From the human T2T-CHM13v2.0 reference genome, Homo sapiens: a stretch of 64,000 nucleotides of DNA. The stretch lies in assembly GCF_009914755.1 (NCBI RefSeq), contig NC_060927.1, one strand, 5' to 3'. Below are positions 1 through 21,627 of the stretch, in pieces (position 1 is the first letter of the stretch; the number at the start of each line of letters is the position of its first letter). The translations under genes and the position numbers were made by a program. The notes below the pieces were generated by a model. It did not search any database and was not told the origin of the DNA. It saw only the letters and a list, made by a program, of their open reading frames with translations.

Positions 1-152
1 TGCTGCTGGGCATGGACAAGGAGGTGTGGGAGATCACAGACACGTCTCGCAAAGTCATCCAAACCCAGGGGGAGTGGGAGCTCTTGGGCATCAACAAGGC
101 CACCCCAAAGATGTCCATGGGCAACAACCTATATGACCAGATCATGTTTTAT
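1..152 (+). CDS. HTR3C: 5-HT3 receptor subunit C, exon 6 (5'-truncated by window edge)
   Basis: Frame from nt 3 reads [50 protein letters not shown], then donor GTGAGT at 153; matches recalled HTR3C protein. Confidence 0.95.
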
Positions 153-247
153 GTGAGTCCAGGGGCCCCTGTTTGACTTCTGATCCCAGCAGCTCTTTGA
201 TTGTCCTCTTGACCTATGGCTCTTTGGGAAGCAAAAAAGAAGCTCCA

Positions 248-661
<414 letters not shown>

Positions 662-1000
662 TCACCCACTCCTGCTCTGGAGAGGGCAGGAATGGCTGGA
701 CTGTAATAAGCCCTGCTGCTCAGAATGGATCAGCTCACCCCTACTGCTCAGAATGACTTAAAGGGCCCACTTGCACCTAAAATTCTACAGTCATTGTGTT
801 CCTAGTAGGTTAAAAATGAATAAAAATTAGACAACAAATCAGAGGCCCCTATGTAGGCGAGCACAATTATATGCAAAAGTGTTACTTAAAAAGATCGTCC
901 CCAGCAGCCTCACAGCACATTGGCAAAGATTAGGGGTCAGATATACAAATTGAGCCCTCTGACATCTATTTATTTGCCATCTTCTCCGGTCTCTCTCCAG

Positions 1001-1205
1001 GTGGCCATCAGGCGCAGGCCAAGCCTCTACATCATAAACCTGCTGGTGCCCAGTAGCTTTCTGGTTGCCATTGATGCCCTCAGCTTCTACCTGCCAGCAG
1101 AGAGCGAGAATCGTGCCCCATTCAAGATAACACTTCTGCTGGGCTACAACGTCTTCCTGCTCATGATGAATGACTTGCTCCCTGCCAGTGGCACCCCCCT
1201 CATCA
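1001..1205 (+). CDS. HTR3C: HTR3C exon 7 (TM1-TM2)
   Basis: Acceptor ctctctccag|; [68 protein letters not shown]; donor GTATGG at 1206; 205 nt, same as HTR3E exon 7. Confidence 0.95.
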
Positions 1206-1392
1206 GTATGGCTCCTCCCACTTTCAGGAGGAGAAAGGGCACCCGGGGCCAGGGAGGAGGGCCAGGAGAAATGGCCGCTGCTCCACTGAAGGAAGGAAGG
1301 GGCTGTGAAAGAAGATTGGATTTAGGAAAGAGGCGTGAGGAATGCTTAGAGATAAATTTGCCTGGTTTATTTATAATTTGCTCTGCCCTCAG

Positions 1393-1608
1393 GTGTCTAC
1401 TTCGCCCTGTGCCTGTCCCTGATGGTGGTCAGCCTGCTGGAGACCGTCTTCATTACCTACCTGCTGCACGTGGCCACCACCCAGCCCCCACCCATGCCTA
1501 GGTGGCTTCACTCCCTGCTGCTCCACTGCACCAGCCCAGGGAGATGCTGTCCCACTGCGCCCCAGAAGGGAAATAAGGGCCTGGGTCTCACCCTCACCCA
1601 CCTGCCTG
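1393..1608 (+). CDS. HTR3C: HTR3C exon 8 (TM3 and start of intracellular loop)
   Basis: Acceptor ccctcag|; [37 protein letters not shown]...THLP; donor GTGAGG at 1609; 216 nt. Confidence 0.95.
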
Positions 1609-1714
1609 GTGAGGGAAGCCAGCACTGTCCATACTCGCCCTTCACACTGGGCCCAGCACTCCTCTAATCCTGTCCCCTTCCCACTCCATGACTGAGCCTC
1701 TGTCCTCTCCACAG

Positions 1715-1917
1715 GCCCAAAGGAGCCGGGGGAGTTAGCAGGGAAGAAGCTGGGACCCAGAGAGACCGAGCCAGATGGGGGCTCAGGATGGACAAAGACC
1801 CAGCTAATGGAGCTGTGGGTGCAGTTCAGCCACGCGATGGACACCCTGCTCTTCCGCCTCTACCTGCTCTTCATGGCCTCCTCCATCCTTACTGTCATTG
1901 TCCTCTGGAACACCTAG
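1715..1917 (+). CDS. HTR3C: HTR3C last coding exon (TM4, stop)
   Basis: Acceptor ctccacag|; [11 protein letters not shown]...[39 protein letters not shown] at 1915-1917. Confidence 0.95.
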
Positions 1918-2218
1918 GCAGACATCCCCCCTCTCTGGCAAACAACAGCTTGGAGTTTCTGCTGGTCTTGGGCCAGCCGGACTCATTTTCCTAATCTTAG
2001 CCACTTATCCCCAGTGACTACCATGTCCCCTTCTAAATTCCAAAGACTCCAACGCAGCACTAGCAAGCAGGTTCGGGACAGCCCTGGACGATTTCCCGAC
2101 CGCTGCTCAGGCTGCTCATTCCTGCTCACCCTCAGTCTCCCTGAGCTACCACCTAACTCCTCACTCCCTGATCAATGGAAGTCCAGGTCAGTGGAGTCTC
2201 TCCTTGATTGATCACCCC

Positions 2219-2224
2219 AATAAA
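2219..2224 (+). terminator. Probable HTR3C polyadenylation signal
   Basis: AATAAA ~300 nt after the stop codon, followed by a GT-rich (GTTT)n tract. Confidence 0.75.
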
Positions 2225-3291
2225 CAACTTTCCAGGAAGCACTGGCTCTTCAGTTTGTTTGTTTGTTTGTTTGTTTGTTTGTTTATTGAGACAGAGTCTC
2301 ACTCTGTCACCCACACTAGAGTGCAAATGATGCCATCTCAGCTCACTGCAACCTCCGCCTCCCAGGCATGATTCTCATGCCTCAGCTTCCCAAGTAGCTG
2401 GGATTACAGGTGCACACCACCACACCCAGGTAATTTTTGTATTTTTAGTAGAGACAGGGTTTTGCCATGTTGGCCAGGCTGGTCTGGAACTCCTGACCTT
2501 AAGTGTTCCGCCCACCTCGGCCTCCCAAAGTGTTGGGATTACAAGCGTGAGCCACCTCGCCCAGCCCTCTTCATTATATTTATTATAAGTCTACAAACTC
2601 TGCGGTGGAGAGTCCTCTTGCAGAAGCTTTGATACTTCCCCCTAAGCAGGTGTAATCTGATGTGATTTTAAGGGTTTTAGATACTTTCAGAGTTTTATAA
2701 GAATAAGAAGGCCAAGTCTTATTTGCAAGAAATTATTTCATTTGCAATAAAATATTTACAAATGCAAAATGTTCCTTTCAGCAACCATTTCTTTTTCACT
2801 TTCCTTTACCTCTCATTCCTGAAATTGCTCTTTGAAATAAATCATATCTTGTGTCATTCTTTTTTATTCTAACAGGTTTCTCTTACTTCACAACATCAAA
2901 CAGAGCGGGCTTTCTAAATATGTGTGCTTGAGGCTGGGGGGTTCATGCCTGTAATCCCAGCACTTTGGGAGGCCGAGGAGAGAGGCTAGGAGTTTGAGAC
3001 CAGCCTGGGCAACAAAGCGAGACCTTGTCTCTACAAAAATAATAATTAACTAATTAATTAATTAAAAATTAGCCAGGTGCAGTGGTACATGCCTGTAGTC
3101 CTAGCTACTCGAGGGACTAAGGTAGGAGGATCGCTTGAACCCAGTTCAAAGTTACAGGGAGCCACGATCGCACCCTTGCAATCCAGCTTGGGCAACAGAG
3201 CAAGAACCAGTCTCTTAAAAATAAAATGAAACGAAGAAAGGTTTTTTAAGTTCCCTGTTAATAGTAGTTCACAGCAGGGCTCGGTAGCTCA

Positions 3292-3615
<324 letters not shown>

Positions 3616-3869
3616 CTAATAGCTAGCTGCAAGAAAGACCCTGAGGAGAAACAGAAATTGAAAGAGAAAGTCAAAAAACACCAGCGACAAATTTCTGGAT
3701 GATATTTCAATTGGATAAACACATTTCAGGGATTTATTTGTTGGCCCTTCTGCCTCCCCTAAGAGTATGCTTTCATAAAGATCAGGGTCAACGTCTCATC
3801 CATTTTTATAGTTTAGCACATGGTACCACATCTGGCACATCGTGGATACTTAACACAGACTTGGGGGTT

Positions 3870-4870
<1,001 letters not shown>

Positions 4871-5604
4871 GAATACGGCATTGTTGAATGAGTAAATGTG
4901 TGAATGAATGCCAGCCAGCCAAAATCCACATTTTACTAGCTCTAGCTGTAAATCCCTTCCCAATATATTTTCTTTTCTTTTCTTTATGGAATGTGGACAA
5001 TTAGCAACACATCTTCATGTGTCAACTATCTCTGAGTTCTTGGAGATGTTACTTATATCCTGGCAAAGGCAGTTCTGATATCAGATTCTCTTGTTTCCTT
5101 CTCCTTTCCATTACTTGGAACATATCTCCCACTCAGAAACTCAATTGGTTTTTCCCAATAACTTAAAATGAAGAATATCTGTTAAGCCTTTGAGGAATTT
5201 CAAATTTCTTAAGATCAGTTTTGTATCATTTCTTTTTCCTTCCCCATTTCCATGTTTATATTTCTCTAGATGTCATCTTGCGATTTTTTCATACATATGC
5301 AACTTTAGGTTTTCTGTGCTAAGACTTTTGTTTGACAATGCCCTTTGCAAAAGAACATTCTGCTGATATGTTCAGGTGGAAGTGCGATTTGTGGGGTAAA
5401 ACATGACCTGACAATGAAGCAAAATATATTAAACTACTACTAGCCAACATAGGTCAGCAGGAACGTTACAGGTGTTTCACAGTTTGGGAGGGAGTGGTTC
5501 TGGTTTCTGATACCTCTCATTTTAAGAAAGAGAAAAGGACGGATGTGGTGGCTCATGCGTGTAATCCCAAAACTTTGGAAGGCCTCAGTGGGAGGATTGC
5601 TTCA

Positions 5605-5905
<301 letters not shown>

Positions 5906-6157
5906 CTATTTTCTATTAAAAACCTCTGTAGGAGTGTACACTGGAAATTTATGAACTCTGTAAAAATCAGACGATTGGCCCTGGATACACTACTCTCATC
6001 AAATGCTTGATTATTGTCTAACTTCCTGGGTAATTTCTACTCATGTCCCACTCTCTCCTTTCCTTGGCAGCATCTAGGGTTATGCTCACAACCTCTTCAC
6101 GTCTCATTATTTATTTTCTTTCTTTCTTTTCTTTTCTTTTTTCTTTTTTTGAGATAG

Positions 6158-6744
<587 letters not shown>

Positions 6745-8868
6745 TAAAATATTTTTAGTGGAGACAGGGTTTTGCCATGTTGGCCGGGCTGGTCTCAAAC
6801 TCCTGACCTCAAGTGATTCACCTGCCTCGGCCTCCCAAAGTGCTGGAATTACAGGCATGAGCCACCATGCCCAGCCTCTTATGGTATGTTTTTGTCTCAT
6901 CATTATCTTTGATTCCTTCCATCTTCTGGAAATCCAAAATGTCTATGGACAATACCGTATTTCACAATTATCCTCTCTCTTCTTTCATCTCTATTTGTTT
7001 CTCCAAAAATCAAGCTCATCTGTCTGCTCTTCACCACTACTCCCTCTCCCTCTCTCCTTCCTCCATTACTCTTCCTGTATTTTTCCTTTTTTTTTTTTTT
7101 GAGACAGTTTCACTCTTCTTGTCCAGGCTAGAGTGCAGTGGCGCAATCTTGGCTCACTGCAACCTCTGCCACCTGGGTTCAAGCGATTCTCCTGCTCAGC
7201 CTCCCAAGTAGCTGGGATTACAGGCACCTGCCACTGCACCTGGCTAATTTTTTTTGTAGTTTTTGGTAGAGACGGGGCTTCACCATGTTGGCAAGGCTGG
7301 TCTTGACCTCCTGACCTTGTGATCCACCCTCCTCGGTCTCCCAAAGTGCTGGGATTACAGGCGTGAGCCACCGTGCCTGGCCCATGTATTTTTCCTTATA
7401 CCAACCCTTTCACTATCATTTCTCCTTAATGATTTTACTAGCTTTGTTGCAAACCTCTCATCCACATCTGGCATTTAGGAAAACTAGTGTATATCATCAT
7501 CCTTAATAATTCAAAGGTGATGCTCATGATATTGATTATTCCATATATATAGCATAGATGTCAAAATCTATACAAAATAAGTAGCACTTAAACTACACTA
7601 TGACGGCCAGGCGCGGTGGCTCATGCCTGTAATCCTAGCACTTTGGGAGGCCAAGGGGGGCAGATCACCTGAGGCCAGGAGTTTGAAACCCCGTCTTTAC
7701 TAAAATACAGAAAATTAGCCTAGCACAGTGGCAGGCGCCTATAATCCCAGCTACTCAGGAGGCTAAGGCAGGAGAATTGCTTGAACCTGGGAGGCAGCAG
7801 TTATAGTGAGCCAAGGTCAGGCCACTGCACTCCAGCCTGGGTGACCGAGCGAGACTCCATTTCAAACATAAATAAATAAATAAATAAAAATAAAATACAC
7901 CATGAGAATGTTCTACTACATGTGTGGCCATCTGTTGCAAGGAACACTGGGAGGTTTGCAGTTTCTTATGAGCAAGCATGATGACTTATAAAGGTACAAT
8001 TTAGGAGATAGAAGATAAACACAATTAGGAAATAAGTCATTCTTTAAGATTCTTCCCTTCAGGGTAATTTGGTAATTCTGTCAAATTATCCAAAGCCAAC
8101 ATTTTCCAGATCTGGGTCTCTTTTTACTCCCTAGCTTTTGCTCCACACTTTTTTTTTTTTTGAGACAAAATCTCACTCTGTCGCCCAGGCTAGAGTGCAG
8201 TGGTGTGATCTCGGCTCACTGCAACCTCCACCTCCAGGGTTCAAGAGATTCTTGTGCCTCAGCCTCCCCAGCTGAGATTACAGGCATGTGCCACCAAGTC
8301 CAGCTAATTTTTATATTTTTAATAAAGATGAGATTTCACCATGTTGGCCAGGCTGGTCTCGAACTCCTGGCCTCAAGTAATCCACCTGCCTTAGCCTCCC
8401 AAAGTGCTGGGATTACAGGCAAGAGCCATCGTGGCCAGGCTTCCTCCATATTTTTAAAATTTTCTATAATGAACATGTGATCTATAATGATTTTCTAAAT
8501 TTTCTATAGTGATCATTTTTTAAAGGGAAGAAACTTATAAAAAATATCGATATATCAAATTAATAAAAGAAAAATGCAAGGGAAAAGTCGTATCTCTCTG
8601 AGCAAGCCAGAGGTTTTATAGCAAGAAAGGCATTTCTCGATTTGGAAATCAGGCTGCCCACACATAGCAATTATTTATAACAGACACCTCATCTTTCTAA
8701 GACTCACTTTTCTCATTTTTTATATATTATCACTAGCTTGGGTTTTTTCTGACTTTCTTTACTAGAATCAAAAGAAATCCCCCCTCCCCATTAAAAATAA
8801 TAACAGGCTGGGCACGGTGGCTACTGCTCGTAATCCCAGCACTTTGGGAGGCCAAGGCAGGCAGATCA

Positions 8869-9128
<260 letters not shown>

Positions 9129-10554
9129 TCATCTGGTGTTTATTCTTCTTTTCAGAGTTTCAAACACAAAGGAGAGGAAGGTTCAGAAGAGAACAACCCT
9201 TGCTTCCCAGTTATCAGCTCTTATCTCCTCCTCCTTATCCAGCTAAAACAGATGTTCCAGGGTTGAGGGGCTATTTCAAGTTCCTCGTGGCTACCGCCTC
9301 ACCCTCTCCAATCCATGGGCCTTCCAGAATGGAGGTCAGTAACTCCTCTGGGAGTATGCCTCAGAAGTAGAGGGATTTGGCCTTCCTTTTCCAGACCATC
9401 TGCGGATCAGTCACCACCAACCTTTACCACTCTGTTAGCAGGGAGGGGACAATGTGCCAGTCTGCACAGGCCATCAGCTCAGGCATTCTTCCCAAACGAT
9501 CTGCAGCATGAGCCCAGGCCAGAAGCTGGAAATAAATGCCCCAGACCCAAACACACTGAGACAACTCCACGCCTCAGCACTCACCCACCGTGCAGCTGAG
9601 CACAGGCCTGAAACTTTAGTCAAAACAAAACGTTGGTGGGGAGAAAAGCCTTATTTTCCCCTCAATCGACCACGAGTACGAGGGAAGAAAATTGTGAGGC
9701 TCCTTTCTCAACAGGTCCATGAGCTGGGCAGGATCAGTCAGTAGAGAAGACAGCACCACCTGCCTTTCAGTTAATGTTTGGTTATTAACCATCCAATGCA
9801 CGAATGGATGAGTTCATAGTTTTATATCAGGAAGGACTGTCAGGAAATGTATTTTTCATTTTCCTTGAGCTCTGTGACAACTTCTTGAGGATCCCCTATG
9901 ATGACGGATTATGCCGGACTGTCCAGGAGCATGTGGACAGAGCCACTCAGAGGCAGAAGATGGCACCTGGGTTGCTCAGACTCTGCCATGTTCACTGAGA
10001 AGCGTCCACTCAGTTCCCCTGGCTTTTCCTCACCAGGTACAGCCTTCTCCTCGCTGGGCCCAGCCTCCTGCCCGCAAGCACAGCAGCCTCACCCCCAGTG
10101 GACTGAGGCTTAGCTGTGGCCTGAGGCCTAACACACTGGCCTGACCAGGACCTCCTGGTCGCCCACAGGAGGGTCCTCTCTGCCACAGTCCCCATATGGT
10201 AGACTGTTTGGTTGTTTTTGTCTTTTGTTATACAAACAATACTGTAATTTATAACCTTGTAAAAACTGTATGTCTTTATTGTGCAGGTAAGAAAATTTCC
10301 AGAAGTGTGATACCGAGTCAAAGAGGATATACATTTGTAATGCTGATAGATATTGCAAAATTGTTCACCAAAAGGCAGGCAGTATGTGAAAGTGCTTATT
10401 TTTCCCACAGCCTCTCCAACAGAATGTGTAGTCAGACTTTTAGATTTTTACCAATTAGGAAGGTGAAACAGTGGTATTAGTGTAATTTTAATGTGCAGTT
10501 CTCTGATTATGGTTGAAGTTAACTTTTTACATATTTAAGGGCCATCTATATTTC

Positions 10555-11681
<1,127 letters not shown>

Positions 11682-12362
11682 TAGCCAGGATGGTTTCAAT
11701 CTCCTGACCTCATGATCCGCCCGCCTCAGCCTCCCAAAGTGCTGGGATTACAGGCGTGAGCCACAGCACCTGGCCCCATTTTTTTATTGAGTCTTTTCTT
11801 TCTTAATTTGTAGGAGGAGTGCCTTATATTAAGATTAGTCTGTTGCTAGGATACGAATTGCAAATACTTTTTCCTAATTTGTAATTTGCTTTTGATTTAG
11901 CTAAAGAGTTTTTGTCATGCAGAAAGCTTTTCTTTTTTGGTATAATTGGATTTATTAATGCTTTGTTTTATGAGTTCTGGATATTGAGATGTAGTTAGAA
12001 AATATGTGACACTTTCTATTGGAAATTTGGCTTTATAGATCAAAATTAAATATGACCTAGCAATTCCATTTCTAAGAATTTATCTTACATTTATACTTAA
12101 ATATACATACACACACACCCAAATGTTTGTTGCAGTGCTGCTTTCTATATAAAAAATGGGAAATTTCCATTAATAACACACTAGTTAATAAATCATGGTA
12201 CATCCATACAATGGAATGCTACGCTACTGGTAAAAAAAAGAATGAGAGGATTTGTGCTTCAAGCAATGTGGTGAGTTAGGAATTCTAAAACAGCCTTTGG
12301 CTGGTACAAAGTACTAAGTTGTTGGACAAATTATAGTAAATATGCTGTAAAAAGTACTCTTG

Positions 12363-13130
12363 ACACCAATAAATGAACAGGTAAACAAAATGTTGTATGT
12401 GCGTTCAATGAAATATTATTCAGCCTTTCAAAGGACAGAAGTTCTGACCCATGCTACACCATGGATGAAACTTGAGGACATTTTGCTGAATGAAATAAAG
12501 TCACGAATAGACAAAAAATGTATGAGCCCATTTATATGAGGTACCTACAGTAGTCAAATTCACAGAGACAAAAAGTAGAATGGTGGTTGCCAGAAGCTGG
12601 GGGAAAGGAGGAGAGGGGATATAGAGTTTTAATTCTGAAAGATGAAAAGAGTTTTGAAGATTGGCTGTGCAACAATGTAAATGTACTTAACACTACTTAG
12701 CTGCACACTTAAAAATGGTTAAGACAGTAAATTTTATGTTATGTGTTGTATTAGTTCGTTTTCACGCTTCTGATAAAAACATACCCGAAACTGGGAACAA
12801 AAAGAGGTTTAATTGGACTTACAGTTCCACATGGCTGGGGAGGCCTCAGAATCATGGTGGAGGGGGAAAGGCACTTCTTACATGGTGGCGGCAAGAGAAT
12901 GAGGAAGAAGCAAAAGTGGAAACCCCTGATAAACCCCTCAGATCTCGTGGAACGTGTTCACTATCACGAGAATAGCACAGGAAAGACTGGCCCCCATGAT
13001 TCAATTATCTCCCCCTGGGTCCCTCCCACAATGCATGGGAATTCTGGGAGACAGAATTTAAGTTGAGATTTGGGTGGGGACACAGCCAAACCATATCATG
13101 TGTATTTGCCACAATTACATTTTTCTTTTA
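12363..13130 (+). mobile_element. L1MB-type 3' end, host of the THE1 LTR
   Basis: ATGGATGAAACTTGAGGACAT...AAGTAGAATGGTGGTTGCCAG...ACTTAAAAATGGTTAAG; a second similar 3' end lies at ~13580-13830. Confidence 0.8.
12747..13098 (-). mobile_element. THE1 (MaLR) solo LTR, THE1A-like
   Basis: Reverse complement begins TGATATGGTTTGGCTGTGTCCCCACCCAAATCTC; perfect 5-bp TSD TGTGT (12742-12746 / 13099-13103). Confidence 0.92.
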
Positions 13131-14524
13131 ATTTTTAAGAGTTTTAAAAATCTGCACTTCAGAATAAGCATATCTTTATATTTCTTGAGAAAAAATATAA
13201 TAATGTTAATAAAGTTTTCAAATAAATTGGTATGTTATTAATCAAAAAACAAAAAGCATTAAAAAGTAAATTGTTTATTTTTAGGCATTTTCATTTCCAT
13301 ATATACTTTAGAATCAGCTTGTGAAATAAAAGTCATAGCATGCTTAAAAGAAGAACAAAGGTGGAGGAATTACACTATTTGACTTTGTCTTACTATAAAG
13401 ACACAACAATTGAGATGATAGGGCATTGGATAAGGATAGACATCTTTTAGCAATAAAGTATTTTTTAATTTTAAAAAAGAATAGTCAAAGTATAGTCAAA
13501 TATATATTTTTATAGACATAGTCAAAATTATAAATACCATATTATATATAAAATTATAAATATATATAATAGTCAAAGTATTGAATAATCAAATTCATAA
13601 AGACAGAAAGTAGAATAGTGGTTACCATGGGCTGAGGGAGGGGGAGTGGGAGTTATTGTTTAATGGGTACAGAGTTTCAGTTTGGGATAATGAAAAAGTT
13701 CTGGAGATGGATAATGGTGATGATCACACAATAATGTGAATGTACTTAATGCCCCTGAACTGTATACTTAAATGGATAAAATGGTAAGTATTATGTTACA
13801 CATAATACTCTATTTCTATTTTAGAACAATAGTAAAAAACTAAGTTAAAAAAAAACCAACTAGAGAGAGAAAAAAAAACAATTCACTTTAAAAAACAACA
13901 ACTGAACTGACAGCCAACTTCTGAAAAAAAAAAAAAAAAAAAAGGAAGCCAGAAAACAATAAGATATTTTCTAAATGCCAGGAAGAAACAATTCCATCTA
14001 GAATTCTATACGTAGCAAAATGATCTTTTAAGAATGAAGACTGGCTGGGCATGGTGGCTCACATCTGTAATCCCAGTACTTTGAGAGTCCGAGGCAGGTG
14101 GATCACCTGAGGTCGGGAGTTTGAGACCAGCCTGACCAACATGGAGAAACCCTGTCTCTACTTAAAAATACAAAACTTAGCCAGGTGTGGTGGCGCATGC
14201 CTGTAATTTCAGCTACTCAGGAGCCTGAGGCAGAAGAATTGCTTGAACCCAGGAGGCAGAGTTTGCAGTGAGCCGAGATCGTGCCATTGCGCTCCAGCCT
14301 GGGTAAGAGTGAAACTCTGTCTCAAAAAAAAAAAAAGAATGAAGACCAAATAAAGGGTTTTACAAATAATGAGAGAAATTTAAGTAGGAGACTTTCCCAG
14401 AAAAAGATCCCTTACCAATAGAGCTTTCTTTTTTCTTTATTTTATTATTTTTTAAAAAATACGGAAGGGGTCTCACTCTGTCACCCAAGCTGGAGTGTAG
14501 TGGCATGATCATAATTCACCGTAG

Positions 14525-15640
<1,116 letters not shown>

Positions 15641-15649
15641 CATGGGTTC

Positions 15650-16960
<1,311 letters not shown>

Positions 16961-17117
16961 TAGCCAGGATGGTCTCGATCTCCTGACCTCGTGATCTCAG
17001 CCTCCCAAAGGCTGGGATTACAGGCATGAGTCACCATGCCCAGCCAATTTTTGTATTTTTAGTAGAGACAGAGTTTCACCATGTTGGCCAGGCCGGAGCT
17101 GGTTGGGAAGCTTTTAA

Positions 17118-17119
17118 AC

Positions 17120-17157
<38 letters not shown>
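17118..17157. repeat. (CA)n microsatellite
   Basis: Direct inspection. Confidence 0.9.
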
Positions 17158-17159
<2 letters not shown>

Positions 17160-17753
17160 CTCAGTGGGGGTGGAAGCATGTGTGTGCAGGTATTTCAAAA
17201 AGTTCATCAAATGATTCTCTGCCCATACTTACTCCCTAGTGGCCCCAGGGCTATAGGCTTTAGAGATACTAGACAAGAAAGGGTAAGCTGGAAAGTTCTG
17301 TTTTAGGAGAATGACAAAAATGAAAGATTCAACTGGGGAGAAACCAGACAGAGAACACCCTATGGAGAGGCTACTGCAATAGTGCAAACAAGGAATGATG
17401 CAGATCTGTGCTTCAGTGCTAGCTGTGGAGACAGAGATCTGTCACTTGGGTTTATGTAATGAAATGGAGCTTACCTTCTGAACTGAGCTTCTTAACTCAA
17501 CATTGATGATAATTCCTAATGTCCACAGTAAAGAATACATTTCTATGTCTGCAAGAAAATTGTTGCATGTTCTTGCCTTCTAAAACTAGCAGGTGTCCCC
17601 ACCACGAGACAGCATAACCATTCCTTTCCTGGTGGCCCATGCCCTTCCCCTGAGGCAGTTAGTTCCACAAAGATGTGATAAGGCCTTTGTCAATGGCCTC
17701 ACCTGCCCCATTTTCTCTGAAAGGTACCTGGAACACAGATTTAAAGCCACTCA

Positions 17754-18049
<296 letters not shown>

Positions 18050-19815
18050 TCATTTAGACAGTAGTGCCAAATAGGTGCTTCTTCCCTCCTCTTGGCCCAA
18101 CTTCCTGCCTGCCTGGAGCCCAGAAGGTGTACTTGGCAGGAGCATGGCAGGACACTCTGCTGGGATCCCTCTGGCCACAGCCTCTCAAAGGGAGTGGTCC
18201 CCTGACAGGAAGATTCAAAACCAGCAACCAAAGTGGTCCCAGCTCCTTCAAGCTCAAGGAGCTGGGGGGATCCTGATGAGTCTGGGGGGATCATCTGGGG
18301 GGATCCCGATGAGTCTCCAGACAAGAGCGCAGGAGAGAAGGATGGAGGGAGGTGGCCTGCTGGCCTGGGAGTGTTCTGTTATGCCTCACTATCAGCCTTC
18401 TGCTTCAAGGTAAGATAGGACAAGCACAGAGGAAGATGGGGATATTGTTTAGGGCAACATCCAGGAAACTTCTCATTCTCCAGAGCTGCAGAAAATTCAA
18501 AACAGACAGGTTAAAATTCTCTGTAGGATCTATGTTTTGGCTTCCTCTTTGTTGCAGATGAAACACCGATTTCACTGGTCAGTACATACAGCCCCACTCT
18601 CATTTGCCAGCAAAGGTATCTACCAAATTGTCTGTCCCTCCACTTTCCCACCTGTCCAATTCCACTCTTATGTAACGTCCAACTGTGCCTTTCTACCAAA
18701 CTATAGTTACTAGAACATAACTCAGGTCCTATTGACAATAATTTAACTCCTTTCCGGTGTTGCTTGGGAAGATCTTGTGGAGGAGGTTATGTGGAGCGAA
18801 AGAACGTTCACTTCCCCTGGGATGTGTTTCTCTCTAGTTTGGAGATGAACCTATGAATCACCTGGTATGGAAAGACAGTGGAAGAGGCATTGGAAAGGAC
18901 TTGCTGGGCTATAGTTACAGGAATAACCAGAGGTGGGGTGTGGGTGAGGTGGGTAGAAGGGCTTTTCACTTCATTGTGTGGCTCCACCAACCACATGGTG
19001 GATAGATGGTCCAAGAGATCTTTGCAAGATGGTGGTGATAAAAATGGCGCCCACAGATCTTAGAGGAACTTGAGAAGGGCAGTGAGAACCACACATAAGA
19101 AGTAGTCAATAAACTCACATTGAATACAACATTCCTTTATTCCCCACATGTTTTATGTCACACTCATGTTTACTTCTCTCTAAATTTTCCTTTCAGGAGT
19201 CAGGAAAACCTGAGAAGAAGAGGGGAAAATGGAGGAAAAGCATATTAGGGAAATTTTGTCCAGTGACTCTAAGGAAGAATCACAGCAGAGCCAGAGGGGA
19301 AAAAAGGAAGGTCAGATAAAGGCCAAAGCCTTAGAGTTGTGTGGATGGAATAGGACTCCCTGGAGGGGCTCTCTGCATGCAAATTTAGGTAGGTTCATAT
19401 GGGCGCAAAAACACAGGAAGAAAGGCCTGGGCCGGGACTCAGCTCACCACATCAACTCCCACCATTTGCCTACCAGCCCAGCCCATCCTCCCGCCTCCGG
19501 CAAGAAGGGAGTCTTGGCCCAGGAAGGAGGGGCTCACGTGCCTCTCCCAGAGTTCACGTTGTTTTTCTCTGCAGGGAGGCTCTCAGACCCCAGCCCTGGT
19601 ACCTCTCTCACCTAGCAAACACAGAAGGTCTCAGCCCTCTACAGGAAGGACAAATACTTTCACCATTAACTGCTCAGGCTTTGACCAGCATGGGGTGGAG
19701 CCTGCTGCCTTCCAGGCCATATTTAACCAGAAGGCCTTCTGTCCAGTCATCAACTCCAGCCTCCCCGCTCATGTCAACATCTCCTTCACCCTGTCTGCCA
19801 TACTGGAAGTGGTGA

Positions 19816-20311
<496 letters not shown>

Positions 20312-21130
20312 TAGGGAACATTTATCCTTGAGTCCTGCTCTTGTGGAAATACTCTACAAAAAAATGCATTCCCAATGGGCTCCCATACTGTTTTTTCACC
20401 CACATTTTCCATGCAACCTGTATTTGTCTGACCCACCCTTCTTTTGTGACTTGTGATTGAAAAGGTGAACTGTCACTGGGGACCACTTAGGAAACAATGG
20501 CGGGAGGTAGATTAGGTCCTGGTTTCACGCCATGAATGATCCTGCATGGGAATTTTATTTATTTATTTATTTTGGACAGGGTGCACAACTTTAGCTGATG
20601 TTGTCATTTCTGTGGTTAAATATGGTATGTGAGATTCAGTTTCTTTCTCTTCTCTTTCTCCTACCCTTTTTTTTTCTGGCTTTGCTTGCAAAATCACATT
20701 TATTGAAATTGACAGTGCCTGAAGGCATAAATAAATACAACCAGAATGGGGCCAGTGTTGACGACAAATAGCTTCCTAGGCTGCCAATCAACTTTGAAAG
20801 ACATAGATAGAAAATACAGGGAGAAGGAGGGCATATAGTTGGAAGTCCCGAAGTAAGCTTCAGGGCCCAAATGTATCCAGCGTCCAGCTTAAGATTTCCC
20901 TAAAGTGGGAGGTGAAAGGTCAATAAGATTTTGTTAGTAGAAAAGGGGAGACAGTTAACACCTGGGAGAGAAAAGAAATCAGAATTCAAAAGGAAATGAG
21001 GGGCCAGGCACAGTGGTTTACACCTATAATACCAGCACTCTGGGAGGCTGAGGTGGAAGGATCACACAAAGCCAGGAGTTTGAGTCCAGCCTGGGCAACA
21101 CAGCAAGATCCCATCTCTATAAAAAAATTA

Positions 21131-21283
<153 letters not shown>

Positions 21284-21417
21284 TTAAAAAAAGAAAAAAA
21301 AGGAAATGAGGTGGAGTCATGGCCAAAGTGCACCAAAAAAGAGAACAAAAAAAATTTTTTTTCAGGAAGGGAGGTCAAAAAAGCAACATGCATAACAATC
21401 TGCATAGTAGGATTCTA

Positions 21418-21627
<210 letters not shown>

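Noticed and set aside
920-1501. 193-aa ORF resembling a short receptor
   Set aside because: HTR3C exon 7 with intron read-through, out of frame with exon 8
18262-18316. GGGGGATCC(T/C)GATGAGTCT repeated upstream of the pseudogene ATG
   Set aside because: Simple local duplication; no spacers or array structure
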